The notes under the pieces: generated by a model
What the model was told of the DNA's origin: nothing
Databases searched by the model: none
The model's input: the letters and a program-made list of their open reading frames with translations, nothing else
Made by a program: the position numbers and the translations under genes
Origin: Anaerosomatales bacterium
Lineage (GTDB): Bacteria > Actinomycetota > Coriobacteriia > Anaerosomatales > SLCP01
Direction of reading: 5' to 3'
Assembly (NCBI GenBank): GCA_029210645.1
Contig: JARGFT010000007.1
Span: 55,297 to 119,296 of the forward strand
Length of the DNA stretch: 64,000 bases
Shown here: positions 1-7,712 of the stretch, piece by piece
How positions within the stretch are numbered: the first letter of the stretch is position 1
Layout of the letters: every line of letters begins with the position of its first letter

Positions 1-500
1 GCGAGCCGCAGGCCCGCGCCCTCGACAGCGGCAACCGTCGCCTCGACCGTATCCCGCTGGGCCGCGACGAGGAGCACCTCCATCATGTGCTCGTCGGAGG
101 GCGTCATGTAGTCACCGATGATGTGGAAGTCGAGGATGGCGTCCTCGATGGGTATCGGGATGTAGTCCTGCGCCTGGTACTGGATCGCGCCCTGCAGCTC
201 ATCGCGCTCCATGAACGGCAGATCGATGAGGCGCACGACGACCTTCTGGTTGGAGATGCCGGTCACCACGTCACGGCCCTTGATGCCGGGCTGGCGCCAC
301 AGCTCGCGGATCGCGGAGGCGACCGCCGAGGGATCGACGATGTCTCCATCGACGACAGCGCCCATCGGAACGTCAACGCGTCCGTACGACGCAAGCGTCG
401 GGGAGCCGGAGGATGACTTGAGCACGGCGGCGCGAACGTGGTCAGTCCCGATGTCGAGACCCACCGGCGGTGCGCCCGAGCCCATGGAGATGAAGCCCAC
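1..500 (-). CDS. pilM: Type IV pilus assembly protein PilM (actin-like ATPase), N-terminal part. The gene continues past the window start.
   Basis: Minus-strand translation from GTG at 500 (GGAGGA 5 nt upstream; in-frame stop at 531-533) reads VGFISMGSGAPPVGLDIGTDHVRAAVLK...ISNQKVVVRLIDLPFMERDELQGAIQYQAQDYIPIPIEDAILDFHI, the PilM pattern. It is absent from the ORF track because no stop lies inside the window. Confidence 0.8.
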   Translation of the reverse strand, partial: MGFISMGSGAPPVGLDIGTDHVRAAVLKSSSGSPTLASYGRVDVPMGAVVDGDIVDPSAVASAIRELWRQPGIKGRDVVTGISNQKVVVRLIDLPFMERDELQGAIQYQAQDYIPIPIEDAILDFHIIGDYMTPSDEHMMEVLLVAAQRDTVEATVAAVEGAGLRL

Positions 501-659
501 GGAGTCCTCCCTACCTGTCTGCTCTGTATGCTACGTCAAGGCTGCTGATTCGTGCTGCATCGGCTCCGCGGAGACACGACGGCGTCGGATGACGCCCGTC
601 ACAGATGATTCCCCGCATCCATGAAACCGCATATGCCCTCGGTGTGCAACAAATCCGTG

Positions 660-2171
660 TCATTGGCGCGCCCACGCACCCTTGGTCAGCAGCGGGGAGT
701 TTCGTCCCGGCAGACTGTCCGGCAGGAAGTCCGGCAGATCCGGGTCGGTCACGAGGTGCACGTTGTTGACTCCCATGTTGATGTGGCCGGCGACGATCGA
801 GCCGACGAACAGTTCGTTGTTGTTGAAGCGGATCGAGCCGCCGGCGTAGAGCGCCAGCGAGTGCTCGGGCAGGTCGCCGGGTCCGCTGTTTGAGTCCGTG
901 CCCGAGATCGACATGTCGACCGGCGTTGCGATCCCGATCGCGTGCCGGGCGTCCATCTTACGACCGGTCGTGTTGGGGTAGATGTCGCCCAGCACCGTCA
1001 CCGGGCCGTTGACGATAAGCGTACCGTTACCCTCGTACTTGATGGCGCGGTCGATAGTGAGCGGTCCGTCGACAAAGACGGTGCCGTCGAGGTAGAGGAC
1101 CTGGTTGATGTGGTCGTAGGCGAAGTCATCCCGCATGTTCGGGTCGGTGTATCCGTAGCCGTACCATGCACCGAAGCTTGCGGGGCCGATGGTGAGGCCC
1201 GTCGTGCCCTGTCCGGCCGGTGAGGGCTCGCTGCCGGCGCCGACGTACTTGTAGCCGAAGCGGTGCACGTCCGGGGTCGCGTTTCGGGCATAGCTGCGTG
1301 TGAACGTACCTGTGTTGGGTGGATCGACGGTCCGGTAATCGAGCGGAGTCGGGTTGGTTCTATCCGTCTCGTAGTTGTTCCCGGCAACCTCGCCCTCACG
1401 CATGCCCAGAAAGTTGTCGACCGATTCCTCCTGGGCCTTCTGGGCCGCCTCGAGCAGCTCGTAATCGAGCAGTCGCGGCAGCTCGATCCGGGGTACGGAC
1501 TGCGAGACCGAGCGGTAGAACGCGTTGGCGCCCGGCTCGGGATACGCACCCGAGACGTAGAGCTGGATCGGCATAGACTCCTGACCGAGTTCGGCGCTGC
1601 CCTGCCGGGTCAGCGCGCCGTCGACGAAGAGCGGGCCCTTGTGGACGTATGAGTAGCCCGACATCTCGACGGCACCGCGGACGTAGAACGGCCCGGTGAC
1701 GTTGCTGTTGCCGTTGATTCCGCCACCACCTGCGGTCAGGGACTCCTGGTTGCCGGCTGCGAAGATCATCTCCCACAGGTTGATGTAGAAGAAGCGCACG
1801 ACGACCGTCTCGGTGAAGCCGGTCCTGTCCGTCCCGGTCGACCTGAGTTCGTACTCGGAGTTCTCTAGACGCGTCACCATTACCTCGTAGGTGCCGTCAG
1901 AGATCGTGCCGGTCGCAGGGAAGTTGCCTGTCGAGAAACCGGTCCGGTAGACCTGCTCGAGGGCGGCATCGACCCCGGCGTTCGCGATCTGGAACGCAAT
2001 CGTCTCGCCCTGGGTGCGGGTCGTCTCCTGGAGCGCGTTACTCGCCAGCGCGAAACTTGCGATCGAGATCACGGTGAGCACCGAGATGACGCCCATAACG
2101 AGCGGCATGGCAATGCCCTCGTCGCGCCGCATCATCGCCCGCAGTGTCTGCATGTACCCCACCCCTACCAC
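660..2171 (-). CDS. PilX-like pilus-associated protein (large, possible tip or adhesin component)
   Basis: N-terminus MRRDEG-IAMPLVMGVISVLTVISIASFAL resembles the PilX N-terminal hydrophobic segment (no Glu5). The remainder is Gly/Asn-rich and beta-helix-like. It overlaps the upstream pseudopilin gene by 7 nt and lies between the minor pilins and pilM. Start is ambiguous (2171, 2153 or 2135). Confidence 0.55.
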   Translation of the reverse strand: MVGVGYMQTLRAMMRRDEGIAMPLVMGVISVLTVISIASFALASNALQETTRTQGETIAFQIANAGVDAALEQVYRTGFSTGNFPATGTISDGTYEVMVTRLENSEYELRSTGTDRTGFTETVVVRFFYINLWEMIFAAGNQESLTAGGGGINGNSNVTGPFYVRGAVEMSGYSYVHKGPLFVDGALTRQGSAELGQESMPIQLYVSGAYPEPGANAFYRSVSQSVPRIELPRLLDYELLEAAQKAQEESVDNFLGMREGEVAGNNYETDRTNPTPLDYRTVDPPNTGTFTRSYARNATPDVHRFGYKYVGAGSEPSPAGQGTTGLTIGPASFGAWYGYGYTDPNMRDDFAYDHINQVLYLDGTVFVDGPLTIDRAIKYEGNGTLIVNGPVTVLGDIYPNTTGRKMDARHAIGIATPVDMSISGTDSNSGPGDLPEHSLALYAGGSIRFNNNELFVGSIVAGHINMGVNNVHLVTDPDLPDFLPDSLPGRNSPLLTKGAWARQ

Positions 2172-2737
2172 TGCCTCAGTCGGAACTGGATGCGACGGGA
2201 GTCCGAGAGCACCCGTTCACCATGCGAGCTCACCACGTTCACGATCACTGACCTGGCGTCGGAGGCGACCGAGCCCATCGAGGTGATCTCCTCGTTGAGG
2301 TCCTCGGTGAAGTACCGGAAGAGCGGTTCTGCCTCGGCCACGTTCACGTTGTTCTCGGAGATGGTCCAGTCCTGGATGACGCGCTCCACCAGGGTGCGCT
2401 GGGCATTGAGCTCCTCGACCCGGTAGTGAAGCGTGCCGTCTGTAGTGGCCTCGATGCGGACCCGCTCCATCTTGTTGTTGAGATCACGATCGGTCAGCAC
2501 CACCACGTGGTAGGGCGAGGCATCCTCGATCGACGAGTTCTGCACCAGGATCGTGTCGATCACGAGTAGCGGCGAGGCGACCTCGTTGGTGAAGCGCGCC
2601 TGGCGGTCGCTCGCCCGGCTCGCCTGGACCATGGCGAACATCGAGCCGTACACCACACCGATCACCACGCCGATGAGGCCCATGACCACGATCAGCTCGG
2701 AGAGCGTGAACCCCTTGTCGTCCCGGTAGGCTCTCAT
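2165..2737 (-). CDS. Minor pilin / pseudopilin with prepilin-type N-terminal cleavage-methylation motif
   Basis: MRAYRDDKG|FTLSELIVVMGLIGVVIGVVYG is the classic G|FTLxE class III signal. ATG at 2737 lies 1 nt after the stop of the upstream gene. Confidence 0.75.
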   Translation of the reverse strand: MRAYRDDKGFTLSELIVVMGLIGVVIGVVYGSMFAMVQASRASDRQARFTNEVASPLLVIDTILVQNSSIEDASPYHVVVLTDRDLNNKMERVRIEATTDGTLHYRVEELNAQRTLVERVIQDWTISENNVNVAEAEPLFRYFTEDLNEEITSMGSVASDARSVIVNVVSSHGERVLSDSRRIQFRLRQW

Positions 2738-2738
2738 C

Positions 2739-4274
2739 TCACCACACCCCCGGCGATGCGAACTCGCGTGCGCCGGTCGTCGGCACGCTCAGGGGGCCGA
2801 GTGTGTTGGTCTCCAGCATGAGGTACTCGCTGTAGGGCTCCTCGGTGTAGTAGACGACGGCCTTGTAGCGGTAATCGACAGTAAGCGCGTTAGCGTTGTT
2901 GGCCGGAACGGTGATGTCGAAGTCGAAGATGCCGGTGGTGTTGCGCTGGAGCTCGGCCCAGGCACCGGCGCCGATCTTCTGCATGAGGATGTAGGTGACG
3001 TTGTACTCGGTGAAGGTCGGACGGCCGACCTCCAGGTCGATGTTGACGTCCCACGCTTTGACCTTGGCGGCACGTTCGTACTGGCCGTCGTAGGTACCGG
3101 AGAGGAGTGGGCGCGTCGTGAACCTGACCGGATCCTCTCCGACGTCCTCGGACGGATGCCAGTAGGAACGACGCGCAGGATCGCTCGCACTGCCCCGGCT
3201 CTCGGCCGCCACCCGCGTCGCATACCTGGTGAACGGCTGGGTTGCCAGCGTGTGTAGTCCGGCAGGGCCGGAGGTGACGATCTCATTCTCGGTCCACGAG
3301 CCATCCCTGGCCTGGGCGCCGACGAGAAGCACGTAGTGATCGCTCTCGCTGCGGCCGTCCATCGAGGTCGTCCACGTCATCGGCACCTGCGTGCCGGAGA
3401 GCAGTGCGTTGGCAACCAGGTTCGTCGGCGGGTCGGGAGGATCGTTGTCGATGAACACGCGCCGTGTCTGGTAGACGCGCTTCTGGTTGCTGTCGACGAC
3501 CTCCACGGTGATCGTGTACTCGCCGTCTTCAACGAAGGGCAATCCGTCCTCGTTGAGCGCCATCGTATCCCAGTAGAACTGCTTGGTCGCGGTGGTGGAG
3601 TCGAGCTCCCAGATCGCGCTGTTGCCCGCCTGGTCCCTCAGGTAGATACCACCGGGGCTCACCTGGAACGACATGCTCACGAGCCGCGCTCCCGGCATGG
3701 TGCTCTCGGCGATAGCATCGATCAGAACGGTCCGGCCGCGCACGAGGGCGGGTGGACTTTCCTCTGCAGGCGACTGGGGCCCGAACCTGATTGTCGGGCG
3801 CGTGTACTCGCCGGGAGGAGCTTCCTGGCGGATGTAGGTGGACATCGAGAGCGAGTAGACGACCTCTCCCCGCCTCGAGATCGTACCGTCGACGGTGAGC
3901 TGCTTGTAGTCCTGGGTACCCGGGGTGATGTCGGGATCGTCGACCCAGGTGACCGTCGGACGCAGGGCGATCGCGTATCCCCCGCTGGTCTGGGTGGACT
4001 CGACGGAGAGCGTCCCGGGTACCGGCGCAGCGACGACGTCGACGCCTACGTCGGTGTAGGACATCGCGCGGACTTCCTCGATGTAGGAGTTGATCGCGTT
4101 GACCAGCAGGGCTCGCTCGTTGGAAAGCACGCTCATGCTGGTGGTGGCGCCCAGAAGACCGAAGATCGCGGTGAGCACGAAGAAGAAGATGGCGATGGCA
4201 ACGACGACTTCGATGAGCGTCATTCCCTCGTCGTGTGCGGGGTATCGAGTCTGGCCCCTGTGCACCCTCACCAC
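2739..4274 (-). CDS. Large (about 510 aa) pseudopilin with Ig-like and fibronectin-III-like domains
   Basis: Prepilin motif HDEG|MTLIEVVVAIAIFFFVLTAIFGLLG. Residues about 279-362 (DPPDPPTNLVANALLSGTQVPMTWTT...HYVLLV...TRYATRVAAES) show an FN3-like pattern. GTG start at 4274, or 9 nt downstream (GGGAG SD abuts 4274). Confidence 0.7.
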   Translation of the reverse strand: MVRVHRGQTRYPAHDEGMTLIEVVVAIAIFFFVLTAIFGLLGATTSMSVLSNERALLVNAINSYIEEVRAMSYTDVGVDVVAAPVPGTLSVESTQTSGGYAIALRPTVTWVDDPDITPGTQDYKQLTVDGTISRRGEVVYSLSMSTYIRQEAPPGEYTRPTIRFGPQSPAEESPPALVRGRTVLIDAIAESTMPGARLVSMSFQVSPGGIYLRDQAGNSAIWELDSTTATKQFYWDTMALNEDGLPFVEDGEYTITVEVVDSNQKRVYQTRRVFIDNDPPDPPTNLVANALLSGTQVPMTWTTSMDGRSESDHYVLLVGAQARDGSWTENEIVTSGPAGLHTLATQPFTRYATRVAAESRGSASDPARRSYWHPSEDVGEDPVRFTTRPLLSGTYDGQYERAAKVKAWDVNIDLEVGRPTFTEYNVTYILMQKIGAGAWAELQRNTTGIFDFDITVPANNANALTVDYRYKAVVYYTEEPYSEYLMLETNTLGPLSVPTTGAREFASPGVW

Positions 4275-4288
4275 TCCCGATCGCGTAT

Positions 4289-4315
4289 GTGCATGCCGCA
4301 GAGCGCGGCATGCAC
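4289..4315 (-). promoter_or_regulatory. Perfect 11-bp inverted repeat (GTGCATGCCGC-N5-GCGGCATGCAC) in the leader of the pseudopilin operon
   Basis: Arms 4289-4299 and 4305-4315 are exact reverse complements. The repeat lies between the predicted -10 (4331-4338) and the SD/start (4274). No U-tract follows, so it is more likely an operator or 5-UTR hairpin than a terminator. Confidence 0.5.
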
Positions 4316-4330
4316 GCTTACCTCTCTACG

Positions 4331-4358
4331 CTATCGGCATCCGCGGGTCGCATCTTGA
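4331..4358 (-). promoter_or_regulatory. Sigma-28 (FliA/WhiG)-type promoter upstream of the pseudopilin operon
   Basis: Minus strand reads TCAAGATG-N12-GCCGATAG, versus the consensus TAAAGTTT-N11-GCCGATAA. It lies about 56 nt upstream of the 4274 start, just after the pilD stop. Confidence 0.5.
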
Positions 4359-4366
4359 ACGCTGTC

Positions 4367-5185
4367 TCACCCCGTGACCAGCGCAAGGTACATGCGGACG
4401 ACATCGGGTCCGACGAGCGCCGCGACGATACCCCCGAGGGCGAGGAACGGGCCGAACGGGATCTTGGTTCCAAGACCGTTTCCCGAGCGGGCCGCGGTGA
4501 TGATCCCGACCACCGCACCGAAGAGACTCCCGATGAAGAGCGAGAGCAGAACGTACGGGCCGAGGAACAGGCCCATCGCTCCGAGGAGCTTCACGTCCCC
4601 CATCCCGAAGCCGGAGCGCCCCCGCACGCCGGCGTAGAGCGCCGCGATCCCACCGCTGAGCCCTGCGCCCAGAACTGCGCCGAGAAGCGCCACGAGGAGC
4701 GGTGAGGCCTGCGCGCCGGTCAGCGGGACCCACTGCACCGATGCGAACTGCGAGACGGTCGCCCCGATCAGGCCGAGGACAGCCAGTACCGCCACGATCG
4801 GATTGGGAAGACGCATCGTGTCCAGATCGATGAAGGTGAGGATGAGCAGCGTCCAGAAGAACAAGCCTGCGATGACCGCCTGAACGCCGACCCCGTAGGT
4901 CAACGCCGCCGTCAGCCACAGCAGGGCCGAGAGCAGCTCGACGGCCGGGTAGCGGCTCGCGATGGGCTCACCGCACGAGCGGCAGCGAGCGCGCAGGAGG
5001 ATCCAGGAGATCACGGGGACGTTGTCGTACCAGCGGACGGGAGCGCCGCAGGACGGGCAGTGGGAGCCGGGTGTATTCAGCGACTCCCCTCTCGGGAAAC
5101 GCCAGATGACGACGTTCGCGAAGCTACCCACGAGCAGTCCGAACACGAACATCGCCACGGCGAAGAATGTGAGATCGGTGATCAT
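4367..5185 (-). CDS. pilD: Prepilin peptidase / N-methyltransferase (A24 family)
   Basis: FFAVAMFVFGLLVGSFANVVIWRFP...CPSCGAPVRWYDNVPVISWILLRARCRSCGEPI (CxxC...CxxC) followed by a polytopic membrane domain with GMGDVKL. Confidence 0.9.
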   Translation of the reverse strand: MITDLTFFAVAMFVFGLLVGSFANVVIWRFPRGESLNTPGSHCPSCGAPVRWYDNVPVISWILLRARCRSCGEPIASRYPAVELLSALLWLTAALTYGVGVQAVIAGLFFWTLLILTFIDLDTMRLPNPIVAVLAVLGLIGATVSQFASVQWVPLTGAQASPLLVALLGAVLGAGLSGGIAALYAGVRGRSGFGMGDVKLLGAMGLFLGPYVLLSLFIGSLFGAVVGIITAARSGNGLGTKIPFGPFLALGGIVAALVGPDVVRMYLALVTG

Positions 5186-5261
5186 GCGCCCCCTCCCGGA
5201 TATGATGGGACGAGTCTAGCGGAGAGGCGCAGTACTGTCGCGAGCGAGCTCAGACTATTGC

Positions 5262-5300
5262 GCGCAAGAACAACAAGCCAGCGCCCCTCGGCGCCGGCTT
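5262..5300 (-). terminator. Intrinsic terminator/attenuator after the second pilin gene
   Basis: Minus-strand RNA AAGCCGGCGCC-GAGG-GGCGCUGGCUU (11 bp including one G-U; 5275-5300) followed by GUUGUUCUUG, 26 nt past the stop at 5327. Confidence 0.55.
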
Positions 5301-5326
5301 GTCCCCGCGTAGCACGAGTACGCCCC

Positions 5327-5716
5327 TCAGAAGTGATCGTGTGGACCGCCGGAGGCAGCAGGGTTCGTGCAACTCACGAAACCAGTTGCCGAATCGTAGG
5401 TGTACCGCGCGTCGGCAACGGGGCACAGCGGCTCGTGAGCCATGTACCTGTCCGTCCCCACCAGGACGGTGGCCCAGGCGATGTCCTCACAGTCCACAAG
5501 TTGGTGACTGGGGTCTGCGGCGAGGTAGTGCTGTACGGCGCCTTCGATCATTCGCATGTTCGCATGACAGGCCCGCTCCTGCGTGAGCGCGCGGGCTGCG
5601 TTGAAGACCGGGATCGCGATCGCGACGAGGATACCGATGATGAGAACAACAACCATGAGTTCGACGAGCGTGAACCCCTGCTGATTGCTTCTGTATCGCA
5701 GCGGCGTACCTTCCAT
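5327..5716 (-). CDS. pilA: Type IV pilin (second tandem paralog)
   Basis: Internal ATG at 5716 with GGAGG SD. MEGTPLRYRSNQQG|FTLVELMVVVLIIGILVAIAIPVFNAARA..., 4 Cys, C-terminus GGPHDHF. The ORF-track start 5809 is an over-extension. Confidence 0.8.
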   Translation of the reverse strand: MEGTPLRYRSNQQGFTLVELMVVVLIIGILVAIAIPVFNAARALTQERACHANMRMIEGAVQHYLAADPSHQLVDCEDIAWATVLVGTDRYMAHEPLCPVADARYTYDSATGFVSCTNPAASGGPHDHF

Positions 5717-5762
5717 CAAGACCACCTCCTCGCAGGCTGCACGCGCGTTACCCCTACGCGTC

Positions 5763-5790
5763 CTATCGGCATGTTGAGCATCTGACTTGA
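5763..5790 (-). promoter_or_regulatory. Sigma-28-type promoter upstream of the second pilin gene
   Basis: Minus strand reads TCAAGTCA-N12-GCCGATAG, about 46 nt upstream of ATG 5716. Confidence 0.55.
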
Positions 5791-5855
5791 CGGCTGACCG
5801 TTCGGCCACGGGTCCCGCGGCGCCCTGGGAACGCGCACCTCTCAGGACCCTGCCA

Positions 5856-5901
5856 TCAGAGAACAGACAGAAGGGCCGGCAGCCTGCGCTGCCGGCCCTT
5901 C
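5856..5901 (-). terminator. Strong intrinsic terminator after the first pilin gene
   Basis: Perfect 14-bp stem GAAGGGCCGGCAGC-GCAG-GCUGCCGGCCCUUC (5870-5901) followed by UGUCUGUUCUCUG on the minus strand, 21 nt past the stop at 5923. Confidence 0.7.
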
Positions 5902-5922
5902 GACTTGGACCTATCGTGAATC

Positions 5923-6303
5923 CTAGTAGTGAGCGTGCACACCGGCGGGGCAGACCGTGAGGCCGCCGCCCGTGCCGTCCGCAGCAGGCGCGGTGATCAG
6001 GTACGTACCGGCACCGGGATTGAACGGGCAGGTCGGGGCGTCGACGAGCAGGCTTGCGCTGACGAGGTCACCCGCACTCGCCATGGCGGTGCCGAGCGCG
6101 TGGGTGGTATCGGCAGCAAGCCACTGCTGCACAGCGCCCTCGATCGTGCGCTGGTTGGCCTGGCAGGAACGCTCCTGGGCGGTCGCACGAGCTGCGTTGA
6201 AGACGGGGATGGCGATCGCAACAAGGATACCGATAATAAGAACGACGACCATCAGCTCTACGAGGGTGAAGCCCTCATCACTCTTCCGGAACATCTTGAA
6301 CAT
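5923..6303 (-). CDS. pilA: Type IV pilin (first tandem paralog, likely major pilin)
   Basis: Internal ATG at 6303 with AAGGAGG SD. MFKMFRKSDEG|FTLVELMVVVLIIGILVAIAIPVFNAARA..., 3 Cys, C-terminus AGVHAHY. The ORF-track start 6501 overlaps pilC and is an over-extension. Confidence 0.85.
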   Translation of the reverse strand: MFKMFRKSDEGFTLVELMVVVLIIGILVAIAIPVFNAARATAQERSCQANQRTIEGAVQQWLAADTTHALGTAMASAGDLVSASLLVDAPTCPFNPGAGTYLITAPAADGTGGGLTVCPAGVHAHY

Positions 6304-6379
6304 GTCCCGCACCTCCTTCTCCCTTTCGGGCGATCCGGTGGCCCCCCTCATGGCGGCCACTCGCTTGCTAACACAGGTG

Positions 6380-6406
6380 TTATCGGCAGCGCATCGGTGG
6401 ACTTGA
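6380..6406 (-). promoter_or_regulatory. Sigma-28-type promoter upstream of the first pilin gene
   Basis: Minus strand reads TCAAGTCC-N11-GCCGATAA. The -10 octamer is identical to the FliA consensus and the spacer length is identical. It lies about 76 nt upstream of ATG 6303. Confidence 0.6.
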
Positions 6407-6430
6407 GGGGATTTCTCAGAATCTTCCGCG

Positions 6431-7651
6431 CTACTGCACCAACGTGATGACTTGGAACATCGGAAGGTAGAGCGCGACCACCATGGTGCCGACGATCGCA
6501 CCGAGGGTGGCCATCATGAGCGGCTCGATGAGCGAGGTCAGACCGTCAACGGCGGTGGCAACCTCTTCGTCGTAGAAGTCGGCGATCTTGTTGAGCATCT
6601 GATCCAGGGCGCCGGTCTCCTCGCCCACCGCGATCATCTGCACGAGCATCGAGGGGAAGACTTTCGACTCGGAGAGCGGCTTGGCGATCGTCTCGCCTTC
6701 CTTGATAGCCGAGCGCGTCTTCTTCACGGCCTGCGCGACCACCTCATTACCCGAGGTGTCGGCCACGATGTCGAGTGCCCCGAGGATCGGCACACCCGCC
6801 GACACCAACGTCCCGAACGTCCGGGTGAACTTGGCGAGCGCGATCTTACGGATCATGCTGCCGAACACCGGCATCTTGAGTTTGGTGCCGTCCCAGATGA
6901 GCTTGCCGCTGACCGTACCCTTCCACCAGCGGAACGCGAAGATGAACGCGACGAAGCCCACGATCAGGAAGAGCCCACCGATGCCGGACACGAAGTCAGA
7001 GGCATCGACAAGCATCTGCGTCATGAACGGCAGCTCTCCGCCCATCGAGGAGAACATCTCCTCGAAGGTCGGCACGACGAAGATCATCATCGCGGCGAGG
7101 ATGATCAGCACGAGCGCACCCATCGCCACCGGGTAAGTCATGGCAGACTTGATCTTGCCCTTGAGGGTGAGTTCGGCTTCGAAGTGGTCCGCGACGCGCA
7201 CCAGGACCTCGTCGAGCACACCACCGGTCTCGCCGGCGCGCACCATGTTCACGAAGATCGGCGGGAACACCTTGGGGTGCTTGCTCATGGAATCGGAGAG
7301 TGACTGGCCGGCCTCGACGTCGTTGGCGACCTGCTGGATGATCTCCTGCAGCCCCTTGCTCTCGGTCTGCTCGGCAAGGATGGTCAGGCACTTGGTGAGC
7401 GAGAGGCCCGCGTTGATCATCGTGGCGAACTGCCGGGCGAAGATGGCAACGTCTTTGACCTTGACCCCGGTCCCGAACTTGATCTGACCGATGGCAGCGA
7501 GTTGGGACTGCTGATCGAGCTCGAGGATGATGTAGCCCATCTCACGGAGCTTGCCGCCGACCGCCTCCCGGCTGGCACCCTCGAGCGAGCCCTTGACGAT
7601 CTTGCCGGTACGGTCGCGCACGGAGTAGTTGTAGACGGCCATCGAACGCAC
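6431..7651 (-). CDS. pilC: Type IV pilus platform protein PilC (GspF family)
   Basis: 406 aa with two GspF repeats (FARQFATMINAGLSL..., FTRTFGTLVSAGVPIL...), three TM segments, C-terminus LYLPMFQV. Confidence 0.9.
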   Translation of the reverse strand: MRSMAVYNYSVRDRTGKIVKGSLEGASREAVGGKLREMGYIILELDQQSQLAAIGQIKFGTGVKVKDVAIFARQFATMINAGLSLTKCLTILAEQTESKGLQEIIQQVANDVEAGQSLSDSMSKHPKVFPPIFVNMVRAGETGGVLDEVLVRVADHFEAELTLKGKIKSAMTYPVAMGALVLIILAAMMIFVVPTFEEMFSSMGGELPFMTQMLVDASDFVSGIGGLFLIVGFVAFIFAFRWWKGTVSGKLIWDGTKLKMPVFGSMIRKIALAKFTRTFGTLVSAGVPILGALDIVADTSGNEVVAQAVKKTRSAIKEGETIAKPLSESKVFPSMLVQMIAVGEETGALDQMLNKIADFYDEEVATAVDGLTSLIEPLMMATLGAIVGTMVVALYLPMFQVITLVQ

Positions 7652-7712
7652 TCCTCGTCATCGTGTGTCCCGCCCTCGGGCGGTCATCTCCTCGGCCTCC
7701 CGAGGAGAGCTC

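Noticed and set aside
578-600. Hairpin GACGGCGTC-GGAT-GACGCC(C)GTC between the PilX-like gene and pilM, considered as a terminator
   Set aside because: The stem is bulged and no U-tract follows on the minus strand. pilM needs read-through or its own promoter here. It is left unannotated.
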